Shown here piece after piece: positions 45,776 through 56,208 of a stretch of 64,000 bases of DNA. The notes under the pieces are model-generated. The model had not been told where the DNA came from and did not search any database. It saw only the letters and a program-made list of their open reading frames with translations. Source of the DNA: a virus; the IMG/VR virus record IMGVR_UViG_3300036828_000667, positions 49,839-113,838 of that record; one strand, given 5' to 3'. Every line of letters starts with the position of its first letter. The first letter of the stretch is position 1. A program made the translations under genes and the position numbers.

Positions 45776-46294
45776 TCACACGCTCTTCCGTCTCTTGCCA
45801 CAACGGATGCGCTGAATTGTTGAATCCCGTACTCCATATTCTATTGCTAAGTGGGTATTGACCCCATGATATTGAGGTCTGGCTCTAATGTCAACAATGT
45901 CGGCTTCCGTGAGCTTAGACATACCATTACGTTCTCCGTGATTGCTTGTCCCGTGACTAACACGATCTCCCTGATTTTCCTTGTCTGTTCCCCATTTAAT
46001 ATTTTCAGGCCAGCGGTTATCAGAAGGATTTCCATTAAGATGACGACATTCAAGTCCAGGAGGACATGGACCAGAAAATGCTTCCAAGACAAGACGATGA
46101 ACATAAAACATTTGGTCACCACGACTAACCATCATATAGTCGTCTTTTGATACCAGCGTCTTCAGTTCTATATCAGTGACAATACGTCTCCAATACAAGC
46201 CGCCTGGCAATATACGAACACGTCCAAAATTTGAAACTTGATAAAACGGCCAATCAGAAATATCTTTCCAAATTTCACCATCTAAGTCATTCAT
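45776..46294 (-). CDS. NUMOD4-HNH homing endonuclease
   Basis: EIWKD, YQVSNFGRVR, HRLVL, CRHLNGNPSDN. Confidence 0.9.
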   Translation of the reverse strand: MNDLDGEIWKDISDWPFYQVSNFGRVRILPGGLYWRRIVTDIELKTLVSKDDYMMVSRGDQMFYVHRLVLEAFSGPCPPGLECRHLNGNPSDNRWPENIKWGTDKENQGDRVSHGTSNHGERNGMSKLTEADIVDIRARPQYHGVNTHLAIEYGVRDSTIQRIRCGKRRKSV

Positions 46295-47817
46295 AAGCTT
46301 GCCCTTTCTATTAAACCTAGAGTAGTCTTTAATTTAGCAAGAGAGGTCACTTCATAAGATTCTGGATCAAATTCCCTAATAGTTACCTGTCTCCTTTCTT
46401 CACTATGTCTAGGAAGTATCCACAAGCCAGAGTCTACGAGATTCACAATAACAGAGGACTTTTTACCAGGCCTCGTGATTCTCCCAGATTTTTGGAGAAC
46501 TTGTCTAGCATTTTTTCCGTCCCATAGGACAATTGCATTTAAAGGCGACTCAAGGTCCATCCCTTCAATTAGATGCTGCGTTCCAATGATCCCAAGAATT
46601 GAATTACCAGCCTCCTTTCTCAACCACTCAGCTGAGTATCTATTATTAGATTTATCAATCACCTTTCCCCCGCCATACCAAGCAACACACTTATCACTAT
46701 CAACTAACCTCAATAGGTCAATTCCAAGTTCTTTCTCACTCACATGAATTATAGTATTATATTGCCTGTCAATCAGTAGTCTGATAACGGTTGCAATCAA
46801 GTTTAGTCTGTCTATATTCTTGTATTGCAACTGACGTAGCTTATGCCAATCGTCAGTCCTCTGCTCAGCCCATTTGTCCTTAGGCCAAGTATAATGAAGA
46901 TTGATCAGCTTAGGTATGTTGAGAAAATCCTTAAGCTCCCGAGCAGACTTCTCGTAAATTATAGGTCCCATAGCTGAGATAATCAGAGCGCTTTCTATAT
47001 CCATTCCAGAAAAATTCATCGCATTATTAACAGAGTAATCCATAGGCATAGCACTAAACCCATATGACCTAGTTACATTTGGTAATGCCATAAAAATAGT
47101 ATGCCATGTATGTGCAGAAACATGATGACACTCATCAGCTATTATCGTGGATATCAGTTTAAATTGCTCTTTATATTTGCTGGAGATGATATCATTATAA
47201 ACTACTCCTGGTGTAGATAAAAGTATCATCGGCTCCTGATTAGAACCAGCTACCCGCTCTCTATAATCCACCATTGGAATATCATACATTCTTGCAGAGC
47301 CTAAAAACTGAGAGTAAATGGGATAAGAAGGAACAAGAATTAAAGTTGTATTCTTCTCCATGAGAAGAGAATATGCTATAATCAATTGAAGAATAGTCTT
47401 ACTACTACCTGTCGGTAACTTAACAGTTCCATTATGATGTTTACGACAAGCTTCAGCCGCCTCTTCTATATACCACCTCTTCTTGCCATTGACCAGCCAT
47501 TTAGAAGACTCTAGAATACTCTTAGGAATTTCAATGCGAGCAAAGATGCTGCGAGGAGGATCAATAGAATTAAACTCAATAGTACAAAAAGGATTATTTT
47601 TTGTGAGGAATAAAAGTGCTCCAAGTCCACACGTAATTGTTCCATCCTCGTTTTCATAGTAGCAAGGATCGTAGGATATTTCAGTTTTAAATCGTCCACT
47701 GTCCTTACCTCCACGTATTCTGACTTTGACTTCCGTACGGGCAGTGAGGTCACTTTCAAGAGTACCTTTAGCAAAGGTACAAGCTAATCCCTGAACTTTG
47801 CAGGAGACCTCACGCAT
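46291..47817 (-). CDS. SF2 (UvsW-like) helicase
   Basis: PTGSSKT, DECH, GFSA.P, EG.D, Q..GR..R. Confidence 0.88.
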   Translation of the reverse strand: MREVSCKVQGLACTFAKGTLESDLTARTEVKVRIRGGKDSGRFKTEISYDPCYYENEDGTITCGLGALLFLTKNNPFCTIEFNSIDPPRSIFARIEIPKSILESSKWLVNGKKRWYIEEAAEACRKHHNGTVKLPTGSSKTILQLIIAYSLLMEKNTTLILVPSYPIYSQFLGSARMYDIPMVDYRERVAGSNQEPMILLSTPGVVYNDIISSKYKEQFKLISTIIADECHHVSAHTWHTIFMALPNVTRSYGFSAMPMDYSVNNAMNFSGMDIESALIISAMGPIIYEKSARELKDFLNIPKLINLHYTWPKDKWAEQRTDDWHKLRQLQYKNIDRLNLIATVIRLLIDRQYNTIIHVSEKELGIDLLRLVDSDKCVAWYGGGKVIDKSNNRYSAEWLRKEAGNSILGIIGTQHLIEGMDLESPLNAIVLWDGKNARQVLQKSGRITRPGKKSSVIVNLVDSGLWILPRHSEERRQVTIREFDPESYEVTSLAKLKTTLGLIERASL

Positions 47818-47821
47818 TTAC

Positions 47822-48244
47822 TTACTTCATCGTTTCTTGATCTAGTGAAACCAGATTTATAGCATAGCGTCCAGGCTCATACTCTTCAACCCATTTATTA
47901 CTATCTTCGAAAGAAATCCCAAAGTGATCGGCTATTATTTTAACTGCTTCCACTCCAGGCATAGTTCCTGGATCTTTCTCAATTGAAATAGATAGGTGAC
48001 GGCAGAGACCTAGGGGCTGATGTTCAAACGAAATGGCTGCACGATATCCAAAGGGGATCAGAACTTGTTCAGATGACCTAAGCGGTTCATAGCCAGGAGG
48101 ACGGTCCTTCAATTCCAAGGTTGATTTTTCTTTAGCTAATGCCTTCTCTTTAACAACATCAAGCGGGATTACATTCTTACGTGCTTTATCTATAGCATAA
48201 GCAATCGAGTTAAGTGTCTCTTCATCTAGGAGAAGTGTCGACAT
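47822..48244 (-). CDS. Hypothetical phage protein (CRHLSIS)
   Basis: Packed ORF. Confidence 0.7.
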   Translation of the reverse strand: MSTLLLDEETLNSIAYAIDKARKNVIPLDVVKEKALAKEKSTLELKDRPPGYEPLRSSEQVLIPFGYRAAISFEHQPLGLCRHLSISIEKDPGTMPGVEAVKIIADHFGISFEDSNKWVEEYEPGRYAINLVSLDQETMK

Positions 48245-48245
48245 G

Positions 48246-48821
48246 TTATTTACCTACATCCTCTAGGATCACATCAACTAGCTCTTTCGGAGTCATCTGT
48301 CCATACTTATCATTTCCCAAGTTATAAACTAGTACTTTATAAGTCTTTGCACAAACGATTGCAGTTCTGGTACCTCCGATCAGCTGGCCATCCTCAGTCC
48401 AACAGATCAGAAATCTGGAAGGTGTTTTTAGGTCATCTCCTAGAACCTGATGGATGTTCCTGGCATGAAGTCTTTTAGCAGGGTCACCAAGACGGTCCCA
48501 AGTCGGATGAATACGTGAAGCAATTGCAAATGCCTTTATGTCTATTTTGTAAATGTCGCCTTCTTGACTGTCTTTCCTACTCTCAAACCCCTTCCATGGG
48601 ACGTAGATTCTCTTTGGCAGTAGTGTCTCTGACTTTGGTCTTCTCTCTAGTGCATCGTCCACACCCCTCTCAAACGAAGCATCCGCTCCAGCAGCCCCAC
48701 CAGAACGTAAGATATATCCAGCATCGTACAACAGAATGGCTATTTGTCGCATTTTTAAAAGAATAGGATCAGGTGTAGCCCTACTGCCAACCCCTGTATA
48801 ATATAAGGATTTAAGGACCAT
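48246..48821 (-). CDS. SLOG/DprA-like nucleotide-binding protein
   Basis: YTGVGSR.TP, LRSGGA.GAD, ARN, GGT. Confidence 0.85.
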   Translation of the reverse strand: MVLKSLYYTGVGSRATPDPILLKMRQIAILLYDAGYILRSGGAAGADASFERGVDDALERRPKSETLLPKRIYVPWKGFESRKDSQEGDIYKIDIKAFAIASRIHPTWDRLGDPAKRLHARNIHQVLGDDLKTPSRFLICWTEDGQLIGGTRTAIVCAKTYKVLVYNLGNDKYGQMTPKELVDVILEDVGK

Positions 48822-48824
48822 TTC

Positions 48825-49046
48825 TTACGTCCTAGGCTCTTCGGATGATTCCTTCCAGGAGTGTATATCTTGTATTGAGAAGGTTCTGATTTCGTCACGA
48901 TCTAGATCAATTGCAACAATGTAATAGCCTTCCTTATGCCATTGACTTGAACCGTAGACCATTCTCACAGGCAAAATACGCCTAAGTGATCGTACTCCCT
49001 TATAGTCAGTGTAATCAATGTTTACTTCCTTTTTATTCACTGCCAC
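48825..49046 (-). CDS. Stand-alone WYL-domain protein
   Basis: IDY.DY.G..S.R.I.P...Y..A.D..R...RTF. Confidence 0.8.
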   Translation of the reverse strand: MAVNKKEVNIDYTDYKGVRSLRRILPVRMVYGSSQWHKEGYYIVAIDLDRDEIRTFSIQDIHSWKESSEEPRT

Positions 49047-49107
49047 CTGTTTAGATATCCTTTTTCATTGGTTAAGGTCCTAGTTTTTAGACTAGGACCT
49101 TTCTTGC

Positions 49108-49431
49108 TTATGGATCTTTTCTTAGATTGACTGCCCACCCATGAAGAACGTTGGATATTTCTACAGGATTGAGCTTATCCTGGGTGAGGGCAGAGACTGC
49201 GTTGCCTACCTCCATCATCTCGCCATATGTTAGTTCAGTCAAGAGCCTAGCAATAGCTTGAGACTTACTAGGTGCTGGAGGCATGGTGTAAGGAGAAGTT
49301 GAACTGGGAAGAGAATATGGGCTTGCCGCTTTGCCATTACTCTCAGATGATCCTAACTCCCGTAGTTTACCAAAGGTCCTTTCGGTATCCGTTACTGTTA
49401 CTGATGTATCTGTCATATTGTAACCCCCCAT
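49108..49431 (-). CDS. Hypothetical protein
   Basis: ORF followed by a hairpin at about 49074-49100. Confidence 0.6.
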   Translation of the reverse strand: MGGYNMTDTSVTVTDTERTFGKLRELGSSESNGKAASPYSLPSSTSPYTMPPAPSKSQAIARLLTELTYGEMMEVGNAVSALTQDKLNPVEISNVLHGWAVNLRKDP

Positions 49432-49845
49432 TTATGACCAAGTTACGGAAGGGGCGAAGCCACATGTAAAATGGCACAAAACATGAGACTTGCCCCTCCC
49501 GCTTCTTCCCAACCTGTAGAAGTTGCCTGCTAAGCACTACAGATTGGAAACATAGAAATGGAAGGGACAGGTTCGCATTTGTCCCTCCCACTCCACCTTC
49601 TAGCCCAGAACCATAGCGACGGGAGCCCTGGACCAGAAAGCTCTAATCCTTTACCCCAACTCTTCGGAAAAAGAAAGGGGAGAGAGCCTTCAATTCTCTC
49701 CCCTTTGCGCAATTTTCAACAGCCGTATTCGAACGACCTTTCCCTTTCTATCACAGGTGAAATCATTTTCACCAGATCCGGCTCTCACCGAATTCTGTCA
49801 CTCGATTCGCCAGATACGAACTCCCCCTTAAATATAGCGATTAAG

Positions 49846-50550
49846 TCATGGTTTCTTTTTCCATTTACATTTGTCGAAGTGCCAGCGGTACATAGCAAAT
49901 CCAGTACCTGTAAAACCACAATTAGGATGAGGACAGGTCAGGACTTGTTTAGTATTATGATTAGGACCAGCAAGAGCCTTACGTCCTCCCTTACTAGTCC
50001 ATTCAATCTTTTGTTCTGGACTTGCAGTTTTACTTACATGATTGGGACCTTCGAAAGCTTTACGACTCCACTCAGAAAGCTTTTCTGGGGTTGCAGCATG
50101 TATTCCTAGCCCAAGCTCGGCCGCTCTACGTCCTGCTTTACTAGTCCATTCAGCGCGCTGTTCTGGCGTCATAGCGTGTATTCCTACTCTAAGTTCAACA
50201 GTTTTATATCCTCCGGTATTCCCTGCTGCGATCCTTTGTGCATGAGTCAACTTAACATTCCAATTATATTCAGCATAATGTAGACCCCTTTCGTATCCAA
50301 GCTTATCAGCCCACTCCCATTCTCTGTCTCCAGCCACTTGGGTCGTACATTTTATAATTTCCAATATTTCAATTACAGTTCCTTCTGGATATTGCGTCTT
50401 TCTCATCTTAAGATTTACAGTACAACCTACTTTTACTCCAGGAATGTGATAGATAATATGCTCCCTAATTTGCATCTCGATAGGGATACCATCTATGATT
50501 TGGTGTTCTTCCTGATCTTCCATTTGAGTAGTCCTTTTCAATTTACTCAA
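49846..50550 (-). CDS. GIY-YIG-like nuclease with C-terminal repeats and Zn knuckle
   Basis: IYHIPGVKVG; repeats GIHA.TPE...EW..K.G; CPHPNC...WHFDKC. Confidence 0.65.
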   Translation of the reverse strand: MSKLKRTTQMEDQEEHQIIDGIPIEMQIREHIIYHIPGVKVGCTVNLKMRKTQYPEGTVIEILEIIKCTTQVAGDREWEWADKLGYERGLHYAEYNWNVKLTHAQRIAAGNTGGYKTVELRVGIHAMTPEQRAEWTSKAGRRAAELGLGIHAATPEKLSEWSRKAFEGPNHVSKTASPEQKIEWTSKGGRKALAGPNHNTKQVLTCPHPNCGFTGTGFAMYRWHFDKCKWKKKP

Positions 50551-50806
50551 TTCGCCATATTCTTACTCCCCCTTCTACTATTCTAGTAGACATTTCCCAA
50601 TTTAAGTTATGTTCCTTTAAAAACCGTCGTTTCCAGATTAGAATTTTTCGCTGTAGATATAATTGGTCCAATCCATCAAGTTCATAGAAGATAGATTCCC
50701 CGGGCTTCAACTTTAACCACGTTTTGTAAAAGCTATCGTCTCTTACACGAGTGCCTCTACGAGATGGCATCGGTATATTTTTTTCTATTTTCGGCTCTCT
50801 AATCAT
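50543..50806 (-). CDS. Conserved small phage DNA-binding protein
   Basis: KIEKNIPMP...GES...GVRIWR. Confidence 0.75.
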   Translation of the reverse strand: MIREPKIEKNIPMPSRRGTRVRDDSFYKTWLKLKPGESIFYELDGLDQLYLQRKILIWKRRFLKEHNLNWEMSTRIVEGGVRIWRIE

Positions 50807-51032
50807 GATCGTTCCTCACGTATGGATTATTCCGGTTGCTTCCTGGCTCAGAACACTCCGTTTGTTCGACATTCGGAAACTCATAATGAAATCCCATTTC
50901 CGAATCATCATCTACTTCTATATAGTTTCCATCAGCTAACGCTATCTCGATAGGGTCCTCACAACCACAATCAAGACACCAAGCACCGGGCCAACCGCTC
51001 CATCGATGACCTACGCCTTTTTCTTCTCCCAT
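50799..51032 (-). CDS. Hypothetical protein
   Basis: H.WSGWPGAWCLDCG. Confidence 0.6.
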   Translation of the reverse strand: MGEEKGVGHRWSGWPGAWCLDCGCEDPIEIALADGNYIEVDDDSEMGFHYEFPNVEQTECSEPGSNRNNPYVRNDHD

Positions 51033-51268
51033 GAGTCATCCTCGTATGCGAGATCAGCTAGTTTCAATATAGCCCGTGCACGGGACAACATCAACGATTG
51101 AAACTTCTCCTGATTGTGATCAGGGTACTTCTGCCACTCACGCCCAGGCAAGCGCTGGGACAACGCAGTTACAGATTGACAATCGCAACTCTCAGTCTTA
51201 AAGTCAATATGTCCGACATACTGGCAATATGTTGAGAGACTTGTTGGCTGTTTGACATAGTGAAACAC
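51011..51268 (-). CDS. Hypothetical protein
   Basis: Overlap with the next ORF. Confidence 0.45.
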   Translation of the reverse strand: MFHYVKQPTSLSTYCQYVGHIDFKTESCDCQSVTALSQRLPGREWQKYPDHNQEKFQSLMLSRARAILKLADLAYEDDSWEKKKA

Positions 51269-51417
51269 CTAAACCTACTACTGGTGTTGGGCAGAGTAGA
51301 ACCCTGCCCTTTTTACGTTTGCTCAACTGTCATCAATTCCACGTTGAGTTAGATGCCGCTTGACAGCGGTTGATATCAGACCTATCTATGCATTTAGATG
51401 CACCTGACGAGCGATGT

Positions 51418-52269
51418 TCAGCAAACAACCTTGAGGTGATTTTTCTTTAGACTGTCAGTTCCTGTCAAAGCAAATCGCTTTAATAGAAGCAGTTGTGTGG
51501 CTTCCTTACGCTTAGTCTTAGAAGCTACATTGTCCTCGTGACAACACATTAGTATCAACTCGTATTCTACGTTCGTGAACATCTTTTTTGCCTCTGCTAA
51601 GTAACGTCGGTATAGCTCCTTTTCTCTAAAGGTTTCATTCTGAGCTTCTTGCAGACGAGGAAAAGCAGAGTCACACTGCTTCTGAACTTCTACTCTCACA
51701 GCCTCTCTAAATTGAACATCGAAGTCATGCTGCAGTTTCTTCTGCATTGAACGTACAGCTGCTGTATACTTCTCTTTCATCGAAGCACTTCGGAGTGCTT
51801 CGATAGAGATGGCGTTGATCTCAGCAAAAGCCTTCTGGCGACCTTCTTCCCTAGCTCTAGCTATAGTAACTGTATGTTCAGTAACGTTGAAATCTTTAGC
51901 AACCTTCTCACGAGAGATCGCTTCATCATTCTGTACAGCAGACCGCACATAGTCTTGGACTGGTTCAGTATCTGTCTTCTTAGTGGTACGACGCTGCTTC
52001 TGCTTAGACTTAGATGACGCTGGATATGCTTTGCCATCCTTGCCGACACGCTTTTCATCAGGTGCGTAATTTTGCGCACCTGACCTCGCGTTCCTAATTG
52101 TGCCCTCAGACACCCCCATTTCCTCAGCGATAGCACGATTCGACTTCCCTCGATTAGCCTCAGACTCCACTGCCCTACGAGCACGTTCACCAGCAGTGAT
52201 ATAAGATACACCACAGCCACATGTTACCGTTGCTGAGGCATCACACTTAGAACAATACATAGTAGTCAT
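51418..52269 (-). CDS. HTH-containing protein (SNRAIA..GVS...R.GKDGK.Y family)
   Basis: N-terminal Cys knuckle, HTH, GKDGK motif. Confidence 0.7.
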   Translation of the reverse strand: MTTMYCSKCDASATVTCGCGVSYITAGERARRAVESEANRGKSNRAIAEEMGVSEGTIRNARSGAQNYAPDEKRVGKDGKAYPASSKSKQKQRRTTKKTDTEPVQDYVRSAVQNDEAISREKVAKDFNVTEHTVTIARAREEGRQKAFAEINAISIEALRSASMKEKYTAAVRSMQKKLQHDFDVQFREAVRVEVQKQCDSAFPRLQEAQNETFREKELYRRYLAEAKKMFTNVEYELILMCCHEDNVASKTKRKEATQLLLLKRFALTGTDSLKKNHLKVVC

Positions 52270-52353
52270 GATATTTTTCTTTCTATAGTTAATGTTAATA
52301 TCTTCAAGGTAGCGGAAGGTCAGAGCGGTAACTCTGACCTTCGTTAGTGGTTT

Positions 52354-52755
52354 TTATTCCCCAGTAGACGAGAGTGCTAACTGCGCTTCCCTAGCCCCAG
52401 TCAACAGGTCAGTCCTTGACGCCTTAAAGCGATGCAAGACCCGTTGGATCATGGTTGCGATCTTTGCCGACGTGAATGTGTCAAACATGTCACACATACC
52501 AACATCATCTTTGATAACAGCCCTAAGCTGTATCACTGCATGGGCATCATCATGCTTGATGTTACCGTTTGGCGAGCTAGCCGCCGACAAGCTAGTAACG
52601 AGTTTCTTCCAAAGATCGGAAGTCTCGTAGAGACGCTTGACGATAGGCTCCAAGATATCGATCAGCCGGATCTTAGCTTTCTGCGTTCGAACCAAAGTGG
52701 CTGGAACAGCAGCGTATCTCAGTAACTCTTGACGCTTTTTAATATGATTATACAT
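52354..52755 (-). CDS. Hypothetical protein
   Basis: AAGGAG RBS. Confidence 0.65.
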   Translation of the reverse strand: MYNHIKKRQELLRYAAVPATLVRTQKAKIRLIDILEPIVKRLYETSDLWKKLVTSLSAASSPNGNIKHDDAHAVIQLRAVIKDDVGMCDMFDTFTSAKIATMIQRVLHRFKASRTDLLTGAREAQLALSSTGE

Positions 52756-52864
52756 CTCCTTTACCTTTCACTGTTTCGACAAACAGGACCTTAACACAGT
52801 GAAAGAGTATCAACAACTTAAAAGTTCTAATGCATACCTGCCATACTAGAAATGCATATCAATC

Positions 52865-53095
52865 TCAGGCGCAGTTTCCTCTATATAAATCCGGCCGCAG
52901 CTTTTCTCTTGGAATCTTTGTCACCTCCTCAATTTTCAAGAGACGGCTAGCAGGGATACGCTTCCACGATAAAACCGCTGTTGGACTTATGCCAAGTAAC
53001 CTAGCGAGTGCATGGGCTGATCCAGCAATGTTTATAGCATGGATCAAACCCGGCTCACGTTCCACTAAGCTCATCTTTGGACCGGGTTTATGCAT
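52865..53095 (-). CDS. Cro/YdaS-like HTH repressor
   Basis: AGS..ALA..LGIS..AV..W..IP..R...IE........LRPDLY. Confidence 0.85.
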   Translation of the reverse strand: MHKPGPKMSLVEREPGLIHAINIAGSAHALARLLGISPTAVLSWKRIPASRLLKIEEVTKIPREKLRPDLYRGNCA

Positions 53096-53191
53096 CTCGG
53101 CTTCCCTATAATAGCTAGTCTGCTGACTAGAGATATCTGTCCAATACCTTATAGTACTTGTCAAGACTATACTCAAAAACCACATTTGGTC

Positions 53192-53377
53192 CTATTTTGG
53201 TTTACCTGCCTGTTCCCACTTCATCGCAGCTTCCGCTCCCCGATCCCAACCTTGGGCTGCTACACCATCACCGTAAGGGTTACGATACCTTCGGTCAAGG
53301 TAGTCTTGCCATCCTATATGGAACTCAGCAAAGTTATGATATGGAGCATATAGTTCCTGAATTTGATACTTGGTCAT
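53192..53377 (-). CDS. Small hypothetical protein (NPY...AQGWDRG)
   Basis: Motif-like C-terminus. Confidence 0.6.
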   Translation of the reverse strand: MTKYQIQELYAPYHNFAEFHIGWQDYLDRRYRNPYGDGVAAQGWDRGAEAAMKWEQAGKPK

Positions 53378-53412
53378 TTGATTTCCATTCTACTGTCAGA
53401 TATAAAGTAATT

Positions 53413-54324
53413 TTACAATTTGAGAGCCTGTCGGATCAACTCAAACTGTTCAGCTGGAAAGGTGACATTGACAACAGGCTCGCCCTTCTCGTTGACACAC
53501 TCGTCATCGATGATAGCATACTCGAAAGCTTCGAACACGGTTTTCTCAATATCGAGATTCCTATTCTTCTTCTTAGATTCTTGGACAGGTGGCGTATCGT
53601 CCTCGTCTTCTGAGAAGGGAACTCCATCAATGATTTGCATATCATCTTTGGAAGCTCCTCCGTTCAGATGCCTAGGGGAAACTCGTTTCTTACCTGCCTT
53701 CTTAGCAGTGGCCATTCCAGTTCGAAGCGTCTGGACAGCTTCAGTAGCAGTGCCAGCCCCAGCCGTGACCTTCTGGGCTAAGCTAGCACTTACTTCACCA
53801 GCTGCCACCATCTTTTTGATCGGTTCAGGCAAACATAGTAAAGCCAACACCTGACCAATTCGTGATAGTGAGATCCCTGACTTCTCCGCGATCTCGGCTT
53901 CTTCCCAACCAAACTCCAGCAAGCGTCTAAAAACATTCGCTTGCTCCATCGGAGAAAATGGTTTACCCCCATTGCGAAGGACCTGGGAGAAGAGCCTATC
54001 GGCCTCATTCTGGTAACGGTCTTCTGCCTTGACAGGAATAGCTTTAATGTCATGCCCCTTGCTGATTGCCAACAGGGTAGCTCGGAGACGACACTCGCCA
54101 TCGGAAAGGTATGCATTGCCACCTTCCCAGTAACACGTGATCGGCTCCTTGACGCCAACTCGGGCAATAGACCGGGCAAGCTTCTCGATATGCTCAACGT
54201 TCTCGGGATCGGTGAAATCCCGTCCGTTCCATCCTGGCCTTGTCAGAATCAGCCTAGGATCAATTTTATGTATATCCGATCGACCTAGAGAAACCGATGC
54301 AAGTCCGCTTTTTTCGTTTGCCAT
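53413..54324 (-). CDS. ParB/Srx-domain protein
   Basis: LA.SI...G...PI, DGECRLRA, N....SP.E, HTH. Confidence 0.85.
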   Translation of the reverse strand: MANEKSGLASVSLGRSDIHKIDPRLILTRPGWNGRDFTDPENVEHIEKLARSIARVGVKEPITCYWEGGNAYLSDGECRLRATLLAISKGHDIKAIPVKAEDRYQNEADRLFSQVLRNGGKPFSPMEQANVFRRLLEFGWEEAEIAEKSGISLSRIGQVLALLCLPEPIKKMVAAGEVSASLAQKVTAGAGTATEAVQTLRTGMATAKKAGKKRVSPRHLNGGASKDDMQIIDGVPFSEDEDDTPPVQESKKKNRNLDIEKTVFEAFEYAIIDDECVNEKGEPVVNVTFPAEQFELIRQALKL

Positions 54325-54437
54325 TTTGTTCTCCTGTAGTCTTCAAGCTATATTTTCAAAAACTACTTTATCATCTAACTTTAGAATACGCTTTTCAGGC
54401 CGATTCGTCAAGCCCCGACCGGTCGAGTTTCATCTGA

Positions 54438-54737
54438 TCATTGAAAAAACTTGATGCTCGTCAACGCAGCAAACAACGCTACTGCGATCATGCCCATGCG
54501 AATAGTCATGTCACGAACAGCAAGGTCGATCTTGTGTTCGACACTAACAATATCAGACTTCAAGATAGCAATATCCGACTTAGTCGCCACACTCTCATGC
54601 AACGCTTCATCCATTGCCTCAGCATGAGCACGGGCATGATCGTCACTTATACCAGCACGTTTAAGCCGATCTATATAAGAAAGCCTATCAAACAAGATTT
54701 CAGTCATGGGATATTTGCTCCATAGCCCTTGATCCAC
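54438..54737 (-). CDS. DUF1640/CCDC90-like coiled-coil membrane protein
   Basis: FD....RL..AG....A.A, ATK.D, C-terminal TM segment. Confidence 0.75.
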   Translation of the reverse strand: MDQGLWSKYPMTEILFDRLSYIDRLKRAGISDDHARAHAEAMDEALHESVATKSDIAILKSDIVSVEHKIDLAVRDMTIRMGMIAVALFAALTSIKFFQ

Positions 54738-54784
54738 TTTGGAGAGGTGAACCTGTCACCTCTCGGAAGTAGATCAAGCTCCAG

Positions 54785-55267
54785 TTAGAAAGTATACACC
54801 CTCACTTGATCATCAGAAGTCGTTACAGAGACTTCCAGGATTTTATCACAACGTGGCCCAATTTTTATCTGTTCTCCAAATTTCAGTTCTACTGTGGTAG
54901 CTTCATAATGCATTTCAGGTCGCTTCCATCCTTGGATATCTTCTTTTCCTTTTATCTCATAATCCTTACCATCAGCTTTTAAGAAGCCATCACAATTACC
55001 TCTATTCAATACAATCTTCTTAATTGTAACTGTGTCAACAGTAGAAGTTATCAGGATACGTAACGCAAGGTACGCCTCAGGTTGCCCTATCCTAATCCGG
55101 TAATCTAATTCAGAGGTCTGTTCTACAAGATATCTAACACCCAACACTCGTGCTGCGTCAGCATCATAATCCCCACTCTTTACACGATTGTTGTTAGGAA
55201 CTCCAGCAAGTCCATAGACAGTTCCAAACACGACAGCAGCTATTCCAAAGATTTTCGGTAACGACAT
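54785..55267 (-). CDS. Exported hypothetical protein
   Basis: GGAG RBS, N-terminal hydrophobic segment. Confidence 0.65.
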   Translation of the reverse strand: MSLPKIFGIAAVVFGTVYGLAGVPNNNRVKSGDYDADAARVLGVRYLVEQTSELDYRIRIGQPEAYLALRILITSTVDTVTIKKIVLNRGNCDGFLKADGKDYEIKGKEDIQGWKRPEMHYEATTVELKFGEQIKIGPRCDKILEVSVTTSDDQVRVYTF

Positions 55268-55364
55268 TTGTATTCTCCATTTTGTAAGGGTTTTATGTAT
55301 ATGGTGGATCACCCACCTTGGAGGAGTAAACCTGTTACTCCTCGGAGGTAGATCAATCAATCAG

Positions 55365-55652
55365 CTACCATAACTGAACCGGATTGGGTTCTTCAGTATC
55401 TCTAGTACATGACCACACAATAGCGACAACCCATCCCACAAGAGTCCAACCTGCAAAGAAGTTGAGAGCAAAGATCGCTAGTCGGTTGTTATGACGACGA
55501 TTGACAGCAACAATCGTCGGAAGAAAATAAGAAACCACTAATATCCCGACCATAACTAAAGCTCCTGCCGTATCAGGTCCATAATTTTTAGCAACATACC
55601 CAACCCCCATCATCATCCCAGTCAATACAAGAACATTAACTACTATTCTCAT
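55365..55652 (-). CDS. Superinfection immunity protein (T4 Imm-like)
   Basis: YFLPTIVA..R.H.N..AIF.LN...GWT..GW..A.VW. Confidence 0.85.
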   Translation of the reverse strand: MRIVVNVLVLTGMMMGVGYVAKNYGPDTAGALVMVGILVVSYFLPTIVAVNRRHNNRLAIFALNFFAGWTLVGWVVAIVWSCTRDTEEPNPVQLW

Positions 55653-55939
55653 TTTGTATTCTCCATTTGTAGGGGTTGTGTATCGGTTATCCATACTTCG
55701 ATCAGACTTTCGGTAGGAGGATTCACGCCACATGGCGTCAACGGAGTCCACTTATAACCTTTTGTCTTGAGTTTGGCCATAGTCTTTAACCTTTTATCGT
55801 TAGGAATGTCCAAGAAACAGCTTACCTACTATTGTGACTGTTAGTGCTAGATTGAAACCTAGCATCCACTTTACGATAAGTAATTCTCCTCGCATAGATT
55901 CAAGTTTGGACATCATTATTTTTCTCCAATGTGTAGGTT

Positions 55940-56140
55940 TTATGGTTGCTTAAACTCAATCACGATAGGTGCTAGTGGCATTTGGCCAATCTTGAAACCA
56001 AGCACGCCTGCAAGAACCGCAGTAGTTGCCACTACAAGCAATACCCCTTTTGGAGTCTCCCAGAATACCTGTTTTCGACGCAACAGGATATCTAGGCGTG
56101 TCAATTCTTGTTTTAGATCATTGTCAGGCGTGTCATTCAT
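55940..56140 (-). CDS. Small membrane protein
   Basis: GGAG RBS, TM segment, own promoter. Confidence 0.65.
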   Translation of the reverse strand: MNDTPDNDLKQELTRLDILLRRKQVFWETPKGVLLVVATTAVLAGVLGFKIGQMPLAPIVIEFKQP

Positions 56141-56179
56141 TGACTACTCCAGTTTGCCTTCGTCGCACGGTTCATAATA

Positions 56180-56208
56180 ATATAGTCTATTCAATGTTGA
56201 ATTGCAAG
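56180..56208 (-). promoter_or_regulatory. Sigma70-type promoter
   Basis: CTTGCA-N17-CTATAT. Confidence 0.8.

Noticed and set aside
18674-48766. Many short antisense ORFs within the core replication and packaging genes
   Set aside because: Shadow frames of well-supported minus-strand genes, without RBS or motifs
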